A stretch of 64,000 bases of DNA from a bacterium (GTDB lineage Bacteria > Patescibacteriota > Saccharimonadia > Saccharimonadales > SZUA-47). The translations under genes and the position numbers were made by a program. Where the stretch lies: the NCBI GenBank assembly GCA_030428125.1, contig JAUIBF010000001.1:426383-490382 (forward strand), given 5' to 3'. The notes beneath the pieces were generated by a model. That model saw only the letters and a program-made list of their open reading frames with translations. It was not told the origin of the DNA and searched no databases. Positions 1 through 9,438 of this stretch are shown piece after piece (position 1 is the stretch's first letter; each line of letters opens with the position of its first letter).

Positions 1-10
1 CTAAATAATC

Positions 11-403
11 ATGAGTAAAGAAGTAAAAGCTCTAGCTAAAGGCGTTTCACACAGCCCACGTAAGGTTTCAGAAGTAGCAAGTCTAGTTCGAAACCGAACA
101 GTTGCTGATGCTCTAGTTATCTTGAGTCACACGCCTCGACGTGCTGCAACTCCAGTATCTAAAGTGGTTGCTAGCGCTAAAGCTAACGCAGAACACAACC
201 ACAACCTAAAGCCAAATACATTAGTTATAAAAGAAATTGCTGTAACAGCTGGACCAAGAATTAAAAGATACCGACCTGCTGCACATGGACGTGCATTACC
301 TTTCCAGCGCAAAACATCACATATTCGAGTTATTGTTACCGGCGAAGAGCGCCAGAAGAAAAATGCTGCTAAAAAAGCAGAAGATAAGAAGGAGAGCAAA
401 TAA
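11..403 (+). CDS. rplV: 50S ribosomal protein L22
   Basis: 130-aa ORF with an L22-family sequence. It is the first member of a TAATG-coupled r-protein string and has a K/A/E-rich C-terminal tail. Confidence 0.95.
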   Translation: MSKEVKALAKGVSHSPRKVSEVASLVRNRTVADALVILSHTPRRAATPVSKVVASAKANAEHNHNLKPNTLVIKEIAVTAGPRIKRYRPAAHGRALPFQRKTSHIRVIVTGEERQKKNAAKKAEDKKESK

Positions 404-1029
404 TGGGGCAAAAAGTAAACCCAATTAGTATGCGACTCCAGGTCAACAAGAACTGGCGTAGTAAATGGTTTGCCAGCAAGCGCGATTACGCAGATAAGCT
501 TACTGACGACCTGAAGATGCGCAAGCTAATTGACAAGAAAACTAATGGCCGAGCGGCTATTAACAAAGTAGAGATTGAACGATCTCCTAACCAAGTTACT
601 ATTACTATCCAGACAGGAAAAGCTGGTGTTGTTATCGGACGCGGTGGTGCTGGTGTAAATGAGCTTAAAGCTGAAGCTGAAAAGATTTACAAAACACCTG
701 TTAGAATCAACATTGAAGAAATCAAGAAGAGCGAACTTTACGCAAAACTGGTTGCAGAAAACATTGCATCTCAGCTAGAGCGTCGTATCGCTTTCCGACG
801 TGCAATCAAGCAATCTAGTGCAGCAACTATGCGTGCTGGCGCTAAAGGAATTCGTATTGAAGTAGCAGGCCGATTGAACGGTGCAGAAATGTCACGTCGT
901 GAAAAAGAAGTTCAAGGTTCAGTTCCACTTCACACGCTTCGTGCAGATATCGATTACGCTCACGTTGGAGCTCAAACTCCAGCTGGAATCATCGGTGTGA
1001 AAGTATGGATCTACAAGGGGGAAGCGTAA
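403..1029 (+). CDS. rpsC: 30S ribosomal protein S3
   Basis: 208 aa with the typical S3 N-terminus [12 protein letters not shown] and a KH-like core. The start overlaps the rplV stop (TAATG). Confidence 0.96.
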   Translation: MGQKVNPISMRLQVNKNWRSKWFASKRDYADKLTDDLKMRKLIDKKTNGRAAINKVEIERSPNQVTITIQTGKAGVVIGRGGAGVNELKAEAEKIYKTPVRINIEEIKKSELYAKLVAENIASQLERRIAFRRAIKQSSAATMRAGAKGIRIEVAGRLNGAEMSRREKEVQGSVPLHTLRADIDYAHVGAQTPAGIIGVKVWIYKGEA

Positions 1030-1030
1030 A

Positions 1031-1444
1031 ATGTTAGTCCCTAATAGAACTAAGTTCCGAAAGGTCCGAAAGGGCAAGAACGAAGGTGTTGCAACTCGTT
1101 GTAACTACATCGCTCACGGTGATTTCGGACTACAATCACTTGATAACGAAAGAATTACTTCACGTCAGATTGAAGCTGCTCGTCAAGCAATGACTCGTTA
1201 CATCAAGCGTGGTGGACAGATTTGGATTAGAATCTTTCCTCACACACCAGTTACCAAGAAACCACAAGACGTGAAAATGGGTAGTGGCAAAGGAAATCCA
1301 GAATATTTTGCAGCTAAAGTTCAAGCTGGAACAATTATGTTTGAAATCGCTGGAGTATCAGAAGAGCAAGCTCGTGAAGCTATGCGTCTAGCTGCTCACA
1401 AGTTGCCTGTTAAAACACGATTCGTTTCTCGGGAGGTCCAATAA
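1031..1444 (+). CDS. rplP: 50S ribosomal protein L16
   Basis: 137 aa with an L16-like sequence (RKGKNEG..., [12 protein letters not shown]). Position after rpsC is conserved. Confidence 0.96.
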   Translation: MLVPNRTKFRKVRKGKNEGVATRCNYIAHGDFGLQSLDNERITSRQIEAARQAMTRYIKRGGQIWIRIFPHTPVTKKPQDVKMGSGKGNPEYFAAKVQAGTIMFEIAGVSEEQAREAMRLAAHKLPVKTRFVSREVQ

Positions 1445-1647
1445 TGTTGAAAATGGAAGATATCCGAAAAATGCCTACTAAAGAGCTAGTAGAAAAGAGT
1501 ACAGCTCTTCGTGATGAAATTGCTGAAATGAAGCGACGAATCCATATGGGTGAAGTAACTAACACGCGAAACATCCGAGTAAAACGACGAGATTTGGCGC
1601 GAATGTTAACTGTGTTATCAGAAGAATTAAGTAAGGAGAAAGCATAA
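1444..1647 (+). CDS. rpmC: 50S ribosomal protein L29
   Basis: 67-aa helical protein in the conserved slot between L16 and S17, with an overlapping start/stop. Confidence 0.9.
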   Translation: MLKMEDIRKMPTKELVEKSTALRDEIAEMKRRIHMGEVTNTRNIRVKRRDLARMLTVLSEELSKEKA

Positions 1648-2036
1648 TGGCACGTACAATTGTTGGAACAGTTGTCTCAGATAAGGCCGATAAAACCATC
1701 GTGCTATCTGTAACTGTTCGAAAAACACATCCAATTTATAAGAAACAATATAGTCGAAGCACTAAATATATCGCTCATGATGAAAAGAATGAAGCTAGTG
1801 TTGGTGACTTGGTAGAAGTTGTTGAAACTCGACCAATATCTGCTCGCAAGACTCTAAAACTTACAAAAGTTCTAGAAAAAGCTGCGATTTCAGCTGACAT
1901 GACTGTAGATAGTGTTACTGCTAAAGACGAAGGTTCTGAGGCTAAGATTCAGGAAGAAAAGAAAGCAGAAGCAGAAGCTAAGGAAGCTGAAAAAGCTGCA
2001 GAAGCTAAGACTGATGCAAAGGCAGAGGCTAAGTAA
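1647..2036 (+). CDS. rpsQ: 30S ribosomal protein S17 with A/E/K-rich C-terminal extension
   Basis: The S17 core ([16 protein letters not shown]...THPIYKK) fills roughly the first 85 aa. About 45 aa of low-complexity [13 protein letters not shown] tail follows. Confidence 0.93.
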   Translation: MARTIVGTVVSDKADKTIVLSVTVRKTHPIYKKQYSRSTKYIAHDEKNEASVGDLVEVVETRPISARKTLKLTKVLEKAAISADMTVDSVTAKDEGSEAKIQEEKKAEAEAKEAEKAAEAKTDAKAEAK

Positions 2037-2404
2037 TGATACAGCAAGAATCCCGCCTAAATGTCTGCGACAACAGTGGTGCTAAAGAAATTCTTTGCAT
2101 CCGTGTTCTTGGCGGTACTCGTAAGCGATATGCTCGTGTTGGAGATATCATAACTGCAACTGTTAAAGAAGCATCTCCAAACGGAACCGTTAAAAAGAAA
2201 TCAGTTGTTAAGGCTGTAGTTGTTAGAACACAAGACCAAATCCGACGTAAAGATGGTTCAACAATCCGCTTTGACGATAACGCAGCAGTAATCATTGGTG
2301 ATGACAAACTACCTAAAGCTACACGTATTTTTGGACCAGTTCCACGAGAATTACGTGACCAAGGTTATGCGAAAATAATCTCCCTAGCACCGGAGGTACT
2401 GTAA
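2036..2404 (+). CDS. rplN: 50S ribosomal protein L14
   Basis: Classic L14 N-terminus [17 protein letters not shown]; 122 aa. Confidence 0.97.
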   Translation: MIQQESRLNVCDNSGAKEILCIRVLGGTRKRYARVGDIITATVKEASPNGTVKKKSVVKAVVVRTQDQIRRKDGSTIRFDDNAAVIIGDDKLPKATRIFGPVPRELRDQGYAKIISLAPEVL

Positions 2405-2724
2405 TGTACAAAATCAGACTGAAAAAAGGCGATACCGTAATAGTAACAGCTGGTAAGTTCAAAGGACAAACAGGCAAAATTACTGCAACTCACCCTAAAG
2501 ACAACAAAGTAACTATTGAAGGCATCAATGTCGTTAAGCGGCACATTAAGCCAACAGAATTTCGACCACAAGGTGGAGTTGAAGAGAAAACTCTTCCGAT
2601 GTGGGTTTCTAAAGTCGCATTGGTTGATCCATCAGATAAGAAGCCATCAAAAGTTGGATACAAATTTGATAAGCAAGGAAATAAAGTTCGCGTTTACAAG
2701 CGATCTGGAAAGGAAGTTAAGTAA
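2404..2724 (+). CDS. rplX: 50S ribosomal protein L24
   Basis: KOW motif KGDTVIVTAGKFKGQTGKI; 106 aa; conserved position. Confidence 0.95.
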   Translation: MYKIRLKKGDTVIVTAGKFKGQTGKITATHPKDNKVTIEGINVVKRHIKPTEFRPQGGVEEKTLPMWVSKVALVDPSDKKPSKVGYKFDKQGNKVRVYKRSGKEVK

Positions 2725-3299
2725 TGGCTACTAAAGCAAAAGAAGTTAAAACTACTGCAAGACTAAAGACTGCTTATTACGAAACTTACCGAGCAGAACT
2801 TGCTAAAGAGTTAGGAATTAGCATCAGCGAAGTTCCCAAACTACGTAAAATTTCAGTAAACGTAGGTTTGGGTAAGGCAAAGGACGACAAGAAACTACTT
2901 GAAGTTGCTGACAATACCCTAACTAAAATTACGGGACAAAAACCTGTTGCGACTGTATCTAGACTGTCAATCGCTACTTTCAAACTTCGTGAAGGAAACA
3001 AGATTGGTATGAAAGTAACACTTCGTGATGAGCGAATGTACGAATTTATGGACCGCGTGATTAACATTGTGCTTCCAAGGCTTCGTGACTTCCACGGTGT
3101 TTCAAACAAATCATTTGATGCACAAGGTAATTACAGCATCGGATTCAGAGACCAGAGTGTTTTCCCAGAACTAACTTTTGAAGAAACATCTACAGCTCAT
3201 GGCTTGCAGGTTAACTTCATTATTGATGCTAAAGAAAAAGCACATGCACAAGCTCTACTAACTAAATTCGGTATGCCGTTCATGAAAGAAGGTAAATAA
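2724..3299 (+). CDS. rplE: 50S ribosomal protein L5
   Basis: 191 aa with an L5-like sequence (KISVNVGLG..., RDFHG); conserved position. Confidence 0.96.
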   Translation: MATKAKEVKTTARLKTAYYETYRAELAKELGISISEVPKLRKISVNVGLGKAKDDKKLLEVADNTLTKITGQKPVATVSRLSIATFKLREGNKIGMKVTLRDERMYEFMDRVINIVLPRLRDFHGVSNKSFDAQGNYSIGFRDQSVFPELTFEETSTAHGLQVNFIIDAKEKAHAQALLTKFGMPFMKEGK

Positions 3300-3568
3300 T
3301 GGCTAAAAAATCCATAGTCGCAAGAGACTTAAAACGACAGAAAATGATTGATAAGTACGCTGCAAAACGAGCAGAACTAAAAGCTGCAGGTGATTACGAA
3401 GGTTTGGCCAAATTACCACGAAACTCAAGCCCGACACGACGTAAAAATCGCTGTGCAGAAACAGGACGACCTCGTGGTTACATGAGACAGTTTGGTTTGA
3501 GCCGAATCGCGTTTAGAGAACATGCAAGCAAGGGTGAAATCCCTGGTATAACGAAAGCTAGTTGGTAA
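3299..3568 (+). CDS. rpsN: 30S ribosomal protein S14, long non-zinc form
   Basis: 89 aa with C-terminus ...[21 protein letters not shown]. It has one Cys only and no CxxC pairs. Confidence 0.93.
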   Translation: MAKKSIVARDLKRQKMIDKYAAKRAELKAAGDYEGLAKLPRNSSPTRRKNRCAETGRPRGYMRQFGLSRIAFREHASKGEIPGITKASW

Positions 3569-3577
3569 GGAGCAATT

Positions 3578-3964
3578 ATGGTATCAACAGACCCAATTTC
3601 AGATATGCTAACTAGAATCCGCAACGCTCTAGCTGTTCACAAAACAGAAGTAAGCTTGCCTCACAGTAGCGTTAAAGAATCAGTAGCTAAAATCTTAAAA
3701 GACAATGGCTACATTAGCGACATTTCAGTTGCTAAAGACGGTTTCAGAAAAACTATGACTCTAGCTTTGCCAGAACACGTAACAATCAACGAGATTAACC
3801 GTGTCAGCAAGCCTGGACGTCGAGTTTATGCAAAAGTTAAAGAAATTCCACAGATCAAGCAAGGTCGAGGTATTGTCATAATCAGCACATCTAAAGGTGT
3901 AATGGCTGGTGACGATGCTAAAGCTCAAAAGCTTGGTGGTGAAATTTTGTGTGAAGTGTATTAA
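3578..3964 (+). CDS. rpsH: 30S ribosomal protein S8
   Basis: N-terminus DPISDMLTRIRNA is the S8 signature; 128 aa. Confidence 0.96.
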   Translation: MVSTDPISDMLTRIRNALAVHKTEVSLPHSSVKESVAKILKDNGYISDISVAKDGFRKTMTLALPEHVTINEINRVSKPGRRVYAKVKEIPQIKQGRGIVIISTSKGVMAGDDAKAQKLGGEILCEVY

Positions 3965-3983
3965 GGAATAATAAGGAAATAAT

Positions 3984-4520
3984 ATGAGTCGTATAGGAAA
4001 ACAACCTGTATCAATTCCAGCAGGAGTGATAATCACTGTCGACGAGAACTCTGTGACCGTAAAAGGTCCTAAAGGAGAACTCGCACAGCCGTTGCTGCCT
4101 GGAGTTACAGTAAAAGTAGATGGCGACACGCTATCAGTAACAAGACAAAGTGACGAGCGAGAACACCGTTCAAAGCACGGACTAATGCGAACACTAATCA
4201 ACAACATGGTTGTTGGTGTAACTGAAGGATTCGAAAAGAAACTAGAAGTTACTGGTGTTGGTTTCAAAGTTAGCCTAGCTGGCAATTCAATCAAGTTATC
4301 ACTAGGTTTCTCACACGAGATTGAATACAAGCTTCCTGATGGTGTTCAAGCAAAAGTTGAACAGAACACTATTACTATTTCAGGAATCGATAAGCAACAA
4401 GTTGGTCAAGTTGCAGCAGAAATTCGCGCCTTCAAGAAACCAGAACCTTATAAGGGTAAAGGTATTACATATGTTGGCGAGAGAATTTTGCGTAAATCAG
4501 GAAAGTCAGGAAAGGAGTAG
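3984..4520 (+). CDS. rplF: 50S ribosomal protein L6
   Basis: MSRIGKQPVSIPAGV start typical of L6; 178 aa. Confidence 0.96.
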   Translation: MSRIGKQPVSIPAGVIITVDENSVTVKGPKGELAQPLLPGVTVKVDGDTLSVTRQSDEREHRSKHGLMRTLINNMVVGVTEGFEKKLEVTGVGFKVSLAGNSIKLSLGFSHEIEYKLPDGVQAKVEQNTITISGIDKQQVGQVAAEIRAFKKPEPYKGKGITYVGERILRKSGKSGKE

Positions 4521-4523
4521 GCC

Positions 4524-4877
4524 ATGAGTGAAGTAAATAGAAAATTAGTTAATGCTGAGCGGCGGTCTGCTAGAACCCGATCTACTTTGCACGGAACTGC
4601 AAAGAGGCCACGTTTGTCAGTAAATGTATCTAACAAGCACATATCAGCACAGATTATTAATGATGACGACCACACTACTTTAGTTAGCGCTACAACTGTA
4701 GGCTCTAAAGCTAAAGGTACAATGACAGAACTTGCAGCAACTGTTGGAACTGACGTAGCTAAGAAAGCTAAAGTAAAGAAAATTAAAGCAGTGATGTTTG
4801 ATCGTGGAAACAAACAGTATCACGGACGAGTTAAAGCACTAGCCGATGCGGCGAGAGCTGAAGGATTGGAGTTTTAA
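4524..4877 (+). CDS. rplR: 50S ribosomal protein L18
   Basis: 117 aa with an L18-like sequence (RPRLSV..SNKHISAQII.D, FDRG...YHGRVKALADAARE.GL.F). Confidence 0.95.
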   Translation: MSEVNRKLVNAERRSARTRSTLHGTAKRPRLSVNVSNKHISAQIINDDDHTTLVSATTVGSKAKGTMTELAATVGTDVAKKAKVKKIKAVMFDRGNKQYHGRVKALADAARAEGLEF

Positions 4878-4879
4878 TC

Positions 4880-5422
4880 ATGGCCGCTAGAGAACCAAGA
4901 ATGCCAAAAGAAGAAAAGCAATTCGACGAACGAGTTGTTGCTATCGACCGTGTTGCACGTGTTGTTAAAGGTGGACGAAGATTCCGATTCCGAGCACTAG
5001 TTGTTGTTGGAGACCGAAAAGGAAAAGTTGGTGCAGGAACAGCTAAAGGTGCGGATGTTACTGCAGCTGTAGCTAAAGCAACAGAAGTTGCAAAGAAAAA
5101 CTTAGTTAAAGTACACGTTGATAAAAACGGGACAATCGCCCACGAGCACGAAGCTAAAGTAGCTGGTGCAAAGATTTTACTTAAACCAGCAGCACCTGGT
5201 ACAGGTCTTATCGCTGGTGGTGTTGTGCGAATTGTGCTGGAAGTTGCTGGCGTGCACAACGTACTTAGTAAATCTTTGGGCTCAAGCAACAAGATTAACC
5301 TTGCCTACGCTACATTAACTGCATTGAATGAGATTCAGCCAAAAGAACAATGGCATACAACTAAGCAAGAAGCTAAAGCTGCTCCAAAGAAAAAAGCAGC
5401 AGCAAAGGCGGAGGCTAAATAA
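4880..5422 (+). CDS. rpsE: 30S ribosomal protein S5
   Basis: S5 core ([27 protein letters not shown]) plus a K/A-rich C-tail. It abuts rplO directly. Confidence 0.96.
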   Translation: MAAREPRMPKEEKQFDERVVAIDRVARVVKGGRRFRFRALVVVGDRKGKVGAGTAKGADVTAAVAKATEVAKKNLVKVHVDKNGTIAHEHEAKVAGAKILLKPAAPGTGLIAGGVVRIVLEVAGVHNVLSKSLGSSNKINLAYATLTALNEIQPKEQWHTTKQEAKAAPKKKAAAKAEAK

Positions 5423-5889
5423 TGAAGTTTAACGAATTAAATACTACCAAGAACCGAAAAGCTAACAGAGTTGGACGTGGTATTGCAGCCGGACAAGGTA
5501 AAACAGCTGGTCGTGGTACAAAAGGCCAGAAATCTCGAGCAGGTTCAGGACGCAAACCAGGATTTGAAGGTGGACAAAACCCACTGTATAAGAGAATACC
5601 TAAACTACGTGGGTTTAAACCATTCTGGGATCAGCCGGTTACAGTTACCACTGGACAGTTGAGCAACTTCAAAGGTGTAGTTGATAACTTTACACTTTAC
5701 GAAGCTAGAATTTTGAACAGTCCGTCTGATAATGCACGCGTTGTTGTACGTGGTGAGCTAAAGTCAAAAGTTGACGTTAAGCTGCAAGGTGCAAGCGCAA
5801 ATGCAGTTGAAGTAATCAGCAAGGCTGGTGGTAGCTTCGAAAAAGTTGCTCGCGTTAAATCTGCCGGTAAATCTGACAACGACAAATAG
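5422..5889 (+). CDS. rplO: 50S ribosomal protein L15
   Basis: L15 N-terminal G/R-rich region ([24 protein letters not shown]); 155 aa. The start overlaps the rpsE stop, leaving no room for rpmD. Confidence 0.95.
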   Translation: MKFNELNTTKNRKANRVGRGIAAGQGKTAGRGTKGQKSRAGSGRKPGFEGGQNPLYKRIPKLRGFKPFWDQPVTVTTGQLSNFKGVVDNFTLYEARILNSPSDNARVVVRGELKSKVDVKLQGASANAVEVISKAGGSFEKVARVKSAGKSDNDK

Positions 5890-6028
5890 TAGAAGTTAGC
5901 ATTCAAACTGCTATACTAGAATTAATTACTAAGGGTAAAGGAAAAAGAGCAGCCTACAATCAGATTCATTCTGATTCTGGCGCGATGAGAGAAAACGTAG
6001 TTTTGTCTTATCAAGCGAAGCGACAAAA

Positions 6029-7522
6029 ATGAACTGGAAAATTATTTGGAAGTCATTTAAGCACGATGATATGCGTAAGCGTATCCTCGGTGTAATTGGA
6101 ATGATTGTTATTTTCCGGGTGCTTGCGCAAATCCCGATTCCACTTTCCGACCCAACTACACTTAAAGATCTACTCGAAACTCTGTTTACAGCAACTCAAG
6201 ACACTCAGTTATTCAGCTTCCTTGATGTTATTTCCGGTGGTGCACTAGCTAACTTCTCAATCATGCTTATCGGTCTTGGACCATACATTAATGCCAGCAT
6301 CATCATGCAGCTTCTTACTCAGGCGATACCTAAGCTTGAAAACCTTAATAAAGAAGGTGAATTCGGCCGTAAGAAGATTAACCAATACACCAGAATGCTA
6401 ACTCTGCCGCTTGCTATAATCCAGTCGATTGGCGCGTTATTCCTTGTCAGACAACAAGCACAGCAGATAAGTGGAATTGACATTCTTCAGGGAGCAAATG
6501 CCGGTACATGGATTCTCATGATTGCAGCCCTAACTGGCGGTGCAATGCTATTGATGTGGATGGGTGAACTTATCACTGAACAAGGTGTTGGTAACGGTAT
6601 TTCACTATTGATTACAGCTGGTATCGTATCTACGCTTCCAGCAACAATAGCATCAATTGCTAGTAGCGTATTTTCAGGAGAAAACTCAATAGACATATTC
6701 AGCTGGACAATTAACTACAGAACAGAGTCACTGGTCATTGCATTAATAATACTAGTATCGGTGGTGTTTACGACTTGGGCAGTTGTTAAGTTAAACGAAG
6801 CGAAACGTAATGTAACAATTAACTACGCAAAACGAGTTCAAGGTAACCGTACTTATGGTGGCGTCACAACCAGTTTGCCGATTAAGCTGATTACAGCCGG
6901 TGTGATTCCGATTATCTTCGCAGTTGCGTTCTTGAGTGTACCAAGTTTCGTTGGGCAGTTACTTGCTAACAGTGATAATGCTTCATGGCAAGAACTTGGA
7001 AACAATCTGCTTATCTGGTTCCAGCAACCAACTTCTGAAACTTTCGCAGCTGGCGGATGGCAGCCTTATATTTACCCTGCTACATACTTTATCTTAATTG
7101 TGATGTTTACGTACTTCTACACCAGTATTACCTTCAATGCTAAGGAAATAGCGGAAAACTTGCAGAAGCAAGGTGGATTCATCGAAGGCGTAAGAAGTGG
7201 TTCAGCTACAGAAAAGTTTTTAAGAGCAATCGTTACAAGATTGACACTTTTCGGAAGTATCGCCCTTGGTTTAATAGCTCTTGGTCCAATCATTGGTCAG
7301 ATATTCCTGAATACTAACATAACAATCGGTGGTACGAGTGTTTTGATCCTTGTAGCGGTAGCTCTAGAAACTCTACGTCAGGTTGAGTCACGAGCGTTGA
7401 TGGTTACCTATGATGATTACTCAACTCCAGACTTCGTTTACGGACCGACAACTGAGGGTGAAGCTGCAACAGCGCAAAGCAAATTACGGTTTCTACCAAA
7501 ACGCAATAAAAAAGGCAAATAA
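6029..7522 (+). CDS. secY: Preprotein translocase subunit SecY
   Basis: 497-aa polytopic protein with the SecY N-terminus (..DMRKRILGVIGMIVIFRVLAQIPIP) in the conserved position after rplO. Confidence 0.95.
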   Translation: MNWKIIWKSFKHDDMRKRILGVIGMIVIFRVLAQIPIPLSDPTTLKDLLETLFTATQDTQLFSFLDVISGGALANFSIMLIGLGPYINASIIMQLLTQAIPKLENLNKEGEFGRKKINQYTRMLTLPLAIIQSIGALFLVRQQAQQISGIDILQGANAGTWILMIAALTGGAMLLMWMGELITEQGVGNGISLLITAGIVSTLPATIASIASSVFSGENSIDIFSWTINYRTESLVIALIILVSVVFTTWAVVKLNEAKRNVTINYAKRVQGNRTYGGVTTSLPIKLITAGVIPIIFAVAFLSVPSFVGQLLANSDNASWQELGNNLLIWFQQPTSETFAAGGWQPYIYPATYFILIVMFTYFYTSITFNAKEIAENLQKQGGFIEGVRSGSATEKFLRAIVTRLTLFGSIALGLIALGPIIGQIFLNTNITIGGTSVLILVAVALETLRQVESRALMVTYDDYSTPDFVYGPTTEGEAATAQSKLRFLPKRNKKGK

Positions 7523-7526
7523 AAAG

Positions 7527-7556
7527 TTGCAATAACAGTGGTAATTGCTGTATAAT
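7527..7556 (+). promoter_or_regulatory. sigma70-like promoter upstream of infA
   Basis: TTGCAA (7527-7532), 18-nt spacer, TATAAT (7551-7556), 19 nt before the infA ATG. Confidence 0.5.
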
Positions 7557-7575
7557 TTACTGTTGAATATAATTT

Positions 7576-7797
7576 ATGGCAGGAAACAAGGAAGTTATTG
7601 AATTGTCTGGCGTCGTGGTAGAGACTCTACCAGGGACCCAATTCAAAGTAGAATTGGAAAACGGCCATCAAATTATAGCCCACGTTGCTGGCAAAATGCG
7701 AAAACATTACATCCGTATCGTGCCTGGTGACTCGGTCACTGTAGAATTGACACCTTATGATCTTACTAAGGGTCGGATTACATACCGGAAATCGTAA
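7576..7797 (+). CDS. infA: Translation initiation factor IF-1
   Basis: 73-aa S1-like protein ([39 protein letters not shown]). Confidence 0.96.
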   Translation: MAGNKEVIELSGVVVETLPGTQFKVELENGHQIIAHVAGKMRKHYIRIVPGDSVTVELTPYDLTKGRITYRKS

Positions 7798-7851
7798 TAT
7801 TAAACTAATGCAGTGTGTCACACGCACATAAGATAAAGGAGTGTGATCCGT

Positions 7852-7968
7852 ATGAAAGTACGTGCTAGTGTCAAAAAGATTAGCCCTGACGATAAGATTG
7901 TTCGTCGCAAGGGTCGTCTTTACGTCATTAATAAATATAAACCTAAACATAAGCAGAGGCAGGGATAA
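7852..7968 (+). CDS. rpmJ: 50S ribosomal protein L36, Cys-less (C-minus) form
   Basis: A 38-codon ORF absent from the track (too short): [38 protein letters not shown]. It has the SD AAAGGAG upstream, and its stop abuts the rpsM ATG. Confidence 0.92.
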   Translation: MKVRASVKKISPDDKIVRRKGRLYVINKYKPKHKQRQG

Positions 7969-8355
7969 ATGGCTCGTATATCAGGTGTTACTATCCCCAA
8001 CGAAAAACAAATTCGTTACGCGTTGCAATATGTATACGGTATCGGCGACAAAACCAGCGTTGATATTCTAGAGCGTGCAAACGTTGAGCTGACTGTTAGA
8101 GTTAAAGATCTAACTGATGCTGAAATCTCTAGAATTCAAGATGTTATCAATGAACGCTACATTGTCGAAGGTGAGTTACAGAGAGTTGTAACTACTAATA
8201 TCAAGAGATTGAAAGACGTCAAAACTTATCGTGGCGACCGACATTCAAGAAACTTACCAGCTCGTGGTCAACGAACACGAACAAACGCGCGAACACGTCG
8301 TGGTAAGAAATTAACTGTAGGCGGAACTGCTAAAAAAGCTCCGTCTAAGACTTAA
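7969..8355 (+). CDS. rpsM: 30S ribosomal protein S13
   Basis: MARISGVTIPNEKQIRYALQYVYGIG is the S13 N-terminus; 128 aa. Confidence 0.96.
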   Translation: MARISGVTIPNEKQIRYALQYVYGIGDKTSVDILERANVELTVRVKDLTDAEISRIQDVINERYIVEGELQRVVTTNIKRLKDVKTYRGDRHSRNLPARGQRTRTNARTRRGKKLTVGGTAKKAPSKT

Positions 8356-8370
8356 GGGAGGTTAGTTGAA

Positions 8371-8796
8371 ATGGCAGAAGATACTCAGACAACTGCTCCA
8401 GCTCCAGTAGCTAAGTCGAGCAGTAAGAAGAAAAAAGCAAAACGAAGCGTACCTTACGGTGTTATGCACGTAAACGCTACGTTTAACAACACAATTGTTA
8501 CTTTCAGCGATAAAAACGGTGCAGTCCTAGCACAAAGCAGTGCTGGTGCTTGCGGATTCCGTGGATCAAAGAAAGGTACAGCTTACGCTGCACAAATAGC
8601 TGCAGAAAAAGCTGGAACAATTGCAAAGCAACAGTTTGGCATGAACAAAGTTGACGCTGTTGTTAAAGGAATTGGTCAAGGACGAGAAACTGCAATCCGT
8701 GCATTAATCGGACTAGAAATCGGTGTCGAGAGCATCAAAGATATTACTCCTATCGCTCACGGTGGCGTACGACCTAAGAAAGCAAGGAGAAACTAA
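8371..8796 (+). CDS. rpsK: 30S ribosomal protein S11
   Basis: S11 core (GVMHVNATFNNTIVTFSD..., GFRGSKKGT) with a roughly 25-aa K-rich N-terminal extension. Confidence 0.95.
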   Translation: MAEDTQTTAPAPVAKSSSKKKKAKRSVPYGVMHVNATFNNTIVTFSDKNGAVLAQSSAGACGFRGSKKGTAYAAQIAAEKAGTIAKQQFGMNKVDAVVKGIGQGRETAIRALIGLEIGVESIKDITPIAHGGVRPKKARRN

Positions 8797-8798
8797 TC

Positions 8799-9416
8799 AT
8801 GGCGAGAGATACACAATCAATCGTAAAGATGAGTCGCCGTGAAGGCTATGCTTTGCACCCTAAAGCTCACAAAGCTTTGGTTAAGAGAACATCCCCACCT
8901 GGACAAGGTGCTCAAGGACGTTTCCGTGGAAAAAGCAGCCAATACTCACTGCAACTTCGAGAAAAGCAAAAAGTTAAAAGACTTTATGGTTTGTTAGAGC
9001 GACAATTCTCTAACTTAATGAAAGAAGCTTCTAGAACTGCAGGTCAGTCAGGCCAGACACTTCTTAGACTTCTAGAGCAACGAGCAGATAACGTTGTATA
9101 CCGAGCTGGATTCGCTCCAAGCCGACGTGCTGCACGACAGTTAGTTACGCATGGTCACTTTATGGTAAACGGACGACGTTTTGACGTTCCTAGCCTTAGA
9201 TTAAAGCCAGGTGACGAACTAACAGTGCGTGACCACAGCAAAAATACTGATTACTTCAAACGCTTAGACGACGTAAGCCCAAGTCCTGAACAAACTGTTT
9301 CATGGCTTAAGGTTGATCGTAAAAAGGTAGCAGTTAAAGTTACTGCTTTACCTGTACGTGATGAAGCTGAACCAGACATTAACGAACAATTAATCGTCGA
9401 GTATTACTCGCGCTAA
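8799..9416 (+). CDS. rpsD: 30S ribosomal protein S4
   Basis: 205 aa with an S4 RNA-binding domain (RADNVVYRAGFAPSRRAARQLVTHGHF.VNG). Confidence 0.95.
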   Translation: MARDTQSIVKMSRREGYALHPKAHKALVKRTSPPGQGAQGRFRGKSSQYSLQLREKQKVKRLYGLLERQFSNLMKEASRTAGQSGQTLLRLLEQRADNVVYRAGFAPSRRAARQLVTHGHFMVNGRRFDVPSLRLKPGDELTVRDHSKNTDYFKRLDDVSPSPEQTVSWLKVDRKKVAVKVTALPVRDEAEPDINEQLIVEYYSR

Positions 9417-9438
9417 GGTTTAAGGAGAAAGAAACCAT

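Noticed and set aside
3761-4330. 189-aa minus-strand ORF, with similar antisense ORFs at 127-411, 2029-2307, 2786-3109, 4448-4813 and 4831-5292, all inside the r-protein operon.
   Set aside because: They lie entirely antisense to unmistakable ribosomal protein genes. Their translations are low-complexity S/T/A/P/C-rich strings typical of the reverse frame of highly expressed genes. None has an SD or promoter.
5985-6032. 15-codon uORF (MRENVVLSYQAKRQK) whose TGA overlaps the secY ATG (ATGA), plus the AATCAGA-TTCAT-TCTGATT hairpin at 5958-5976.
   Set aside because: The geometry is attractive for translational coupling. However, there is no SD, no distinctive codon content and no alternative structure I could find. 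It may be chance in a 139-nt spacer.
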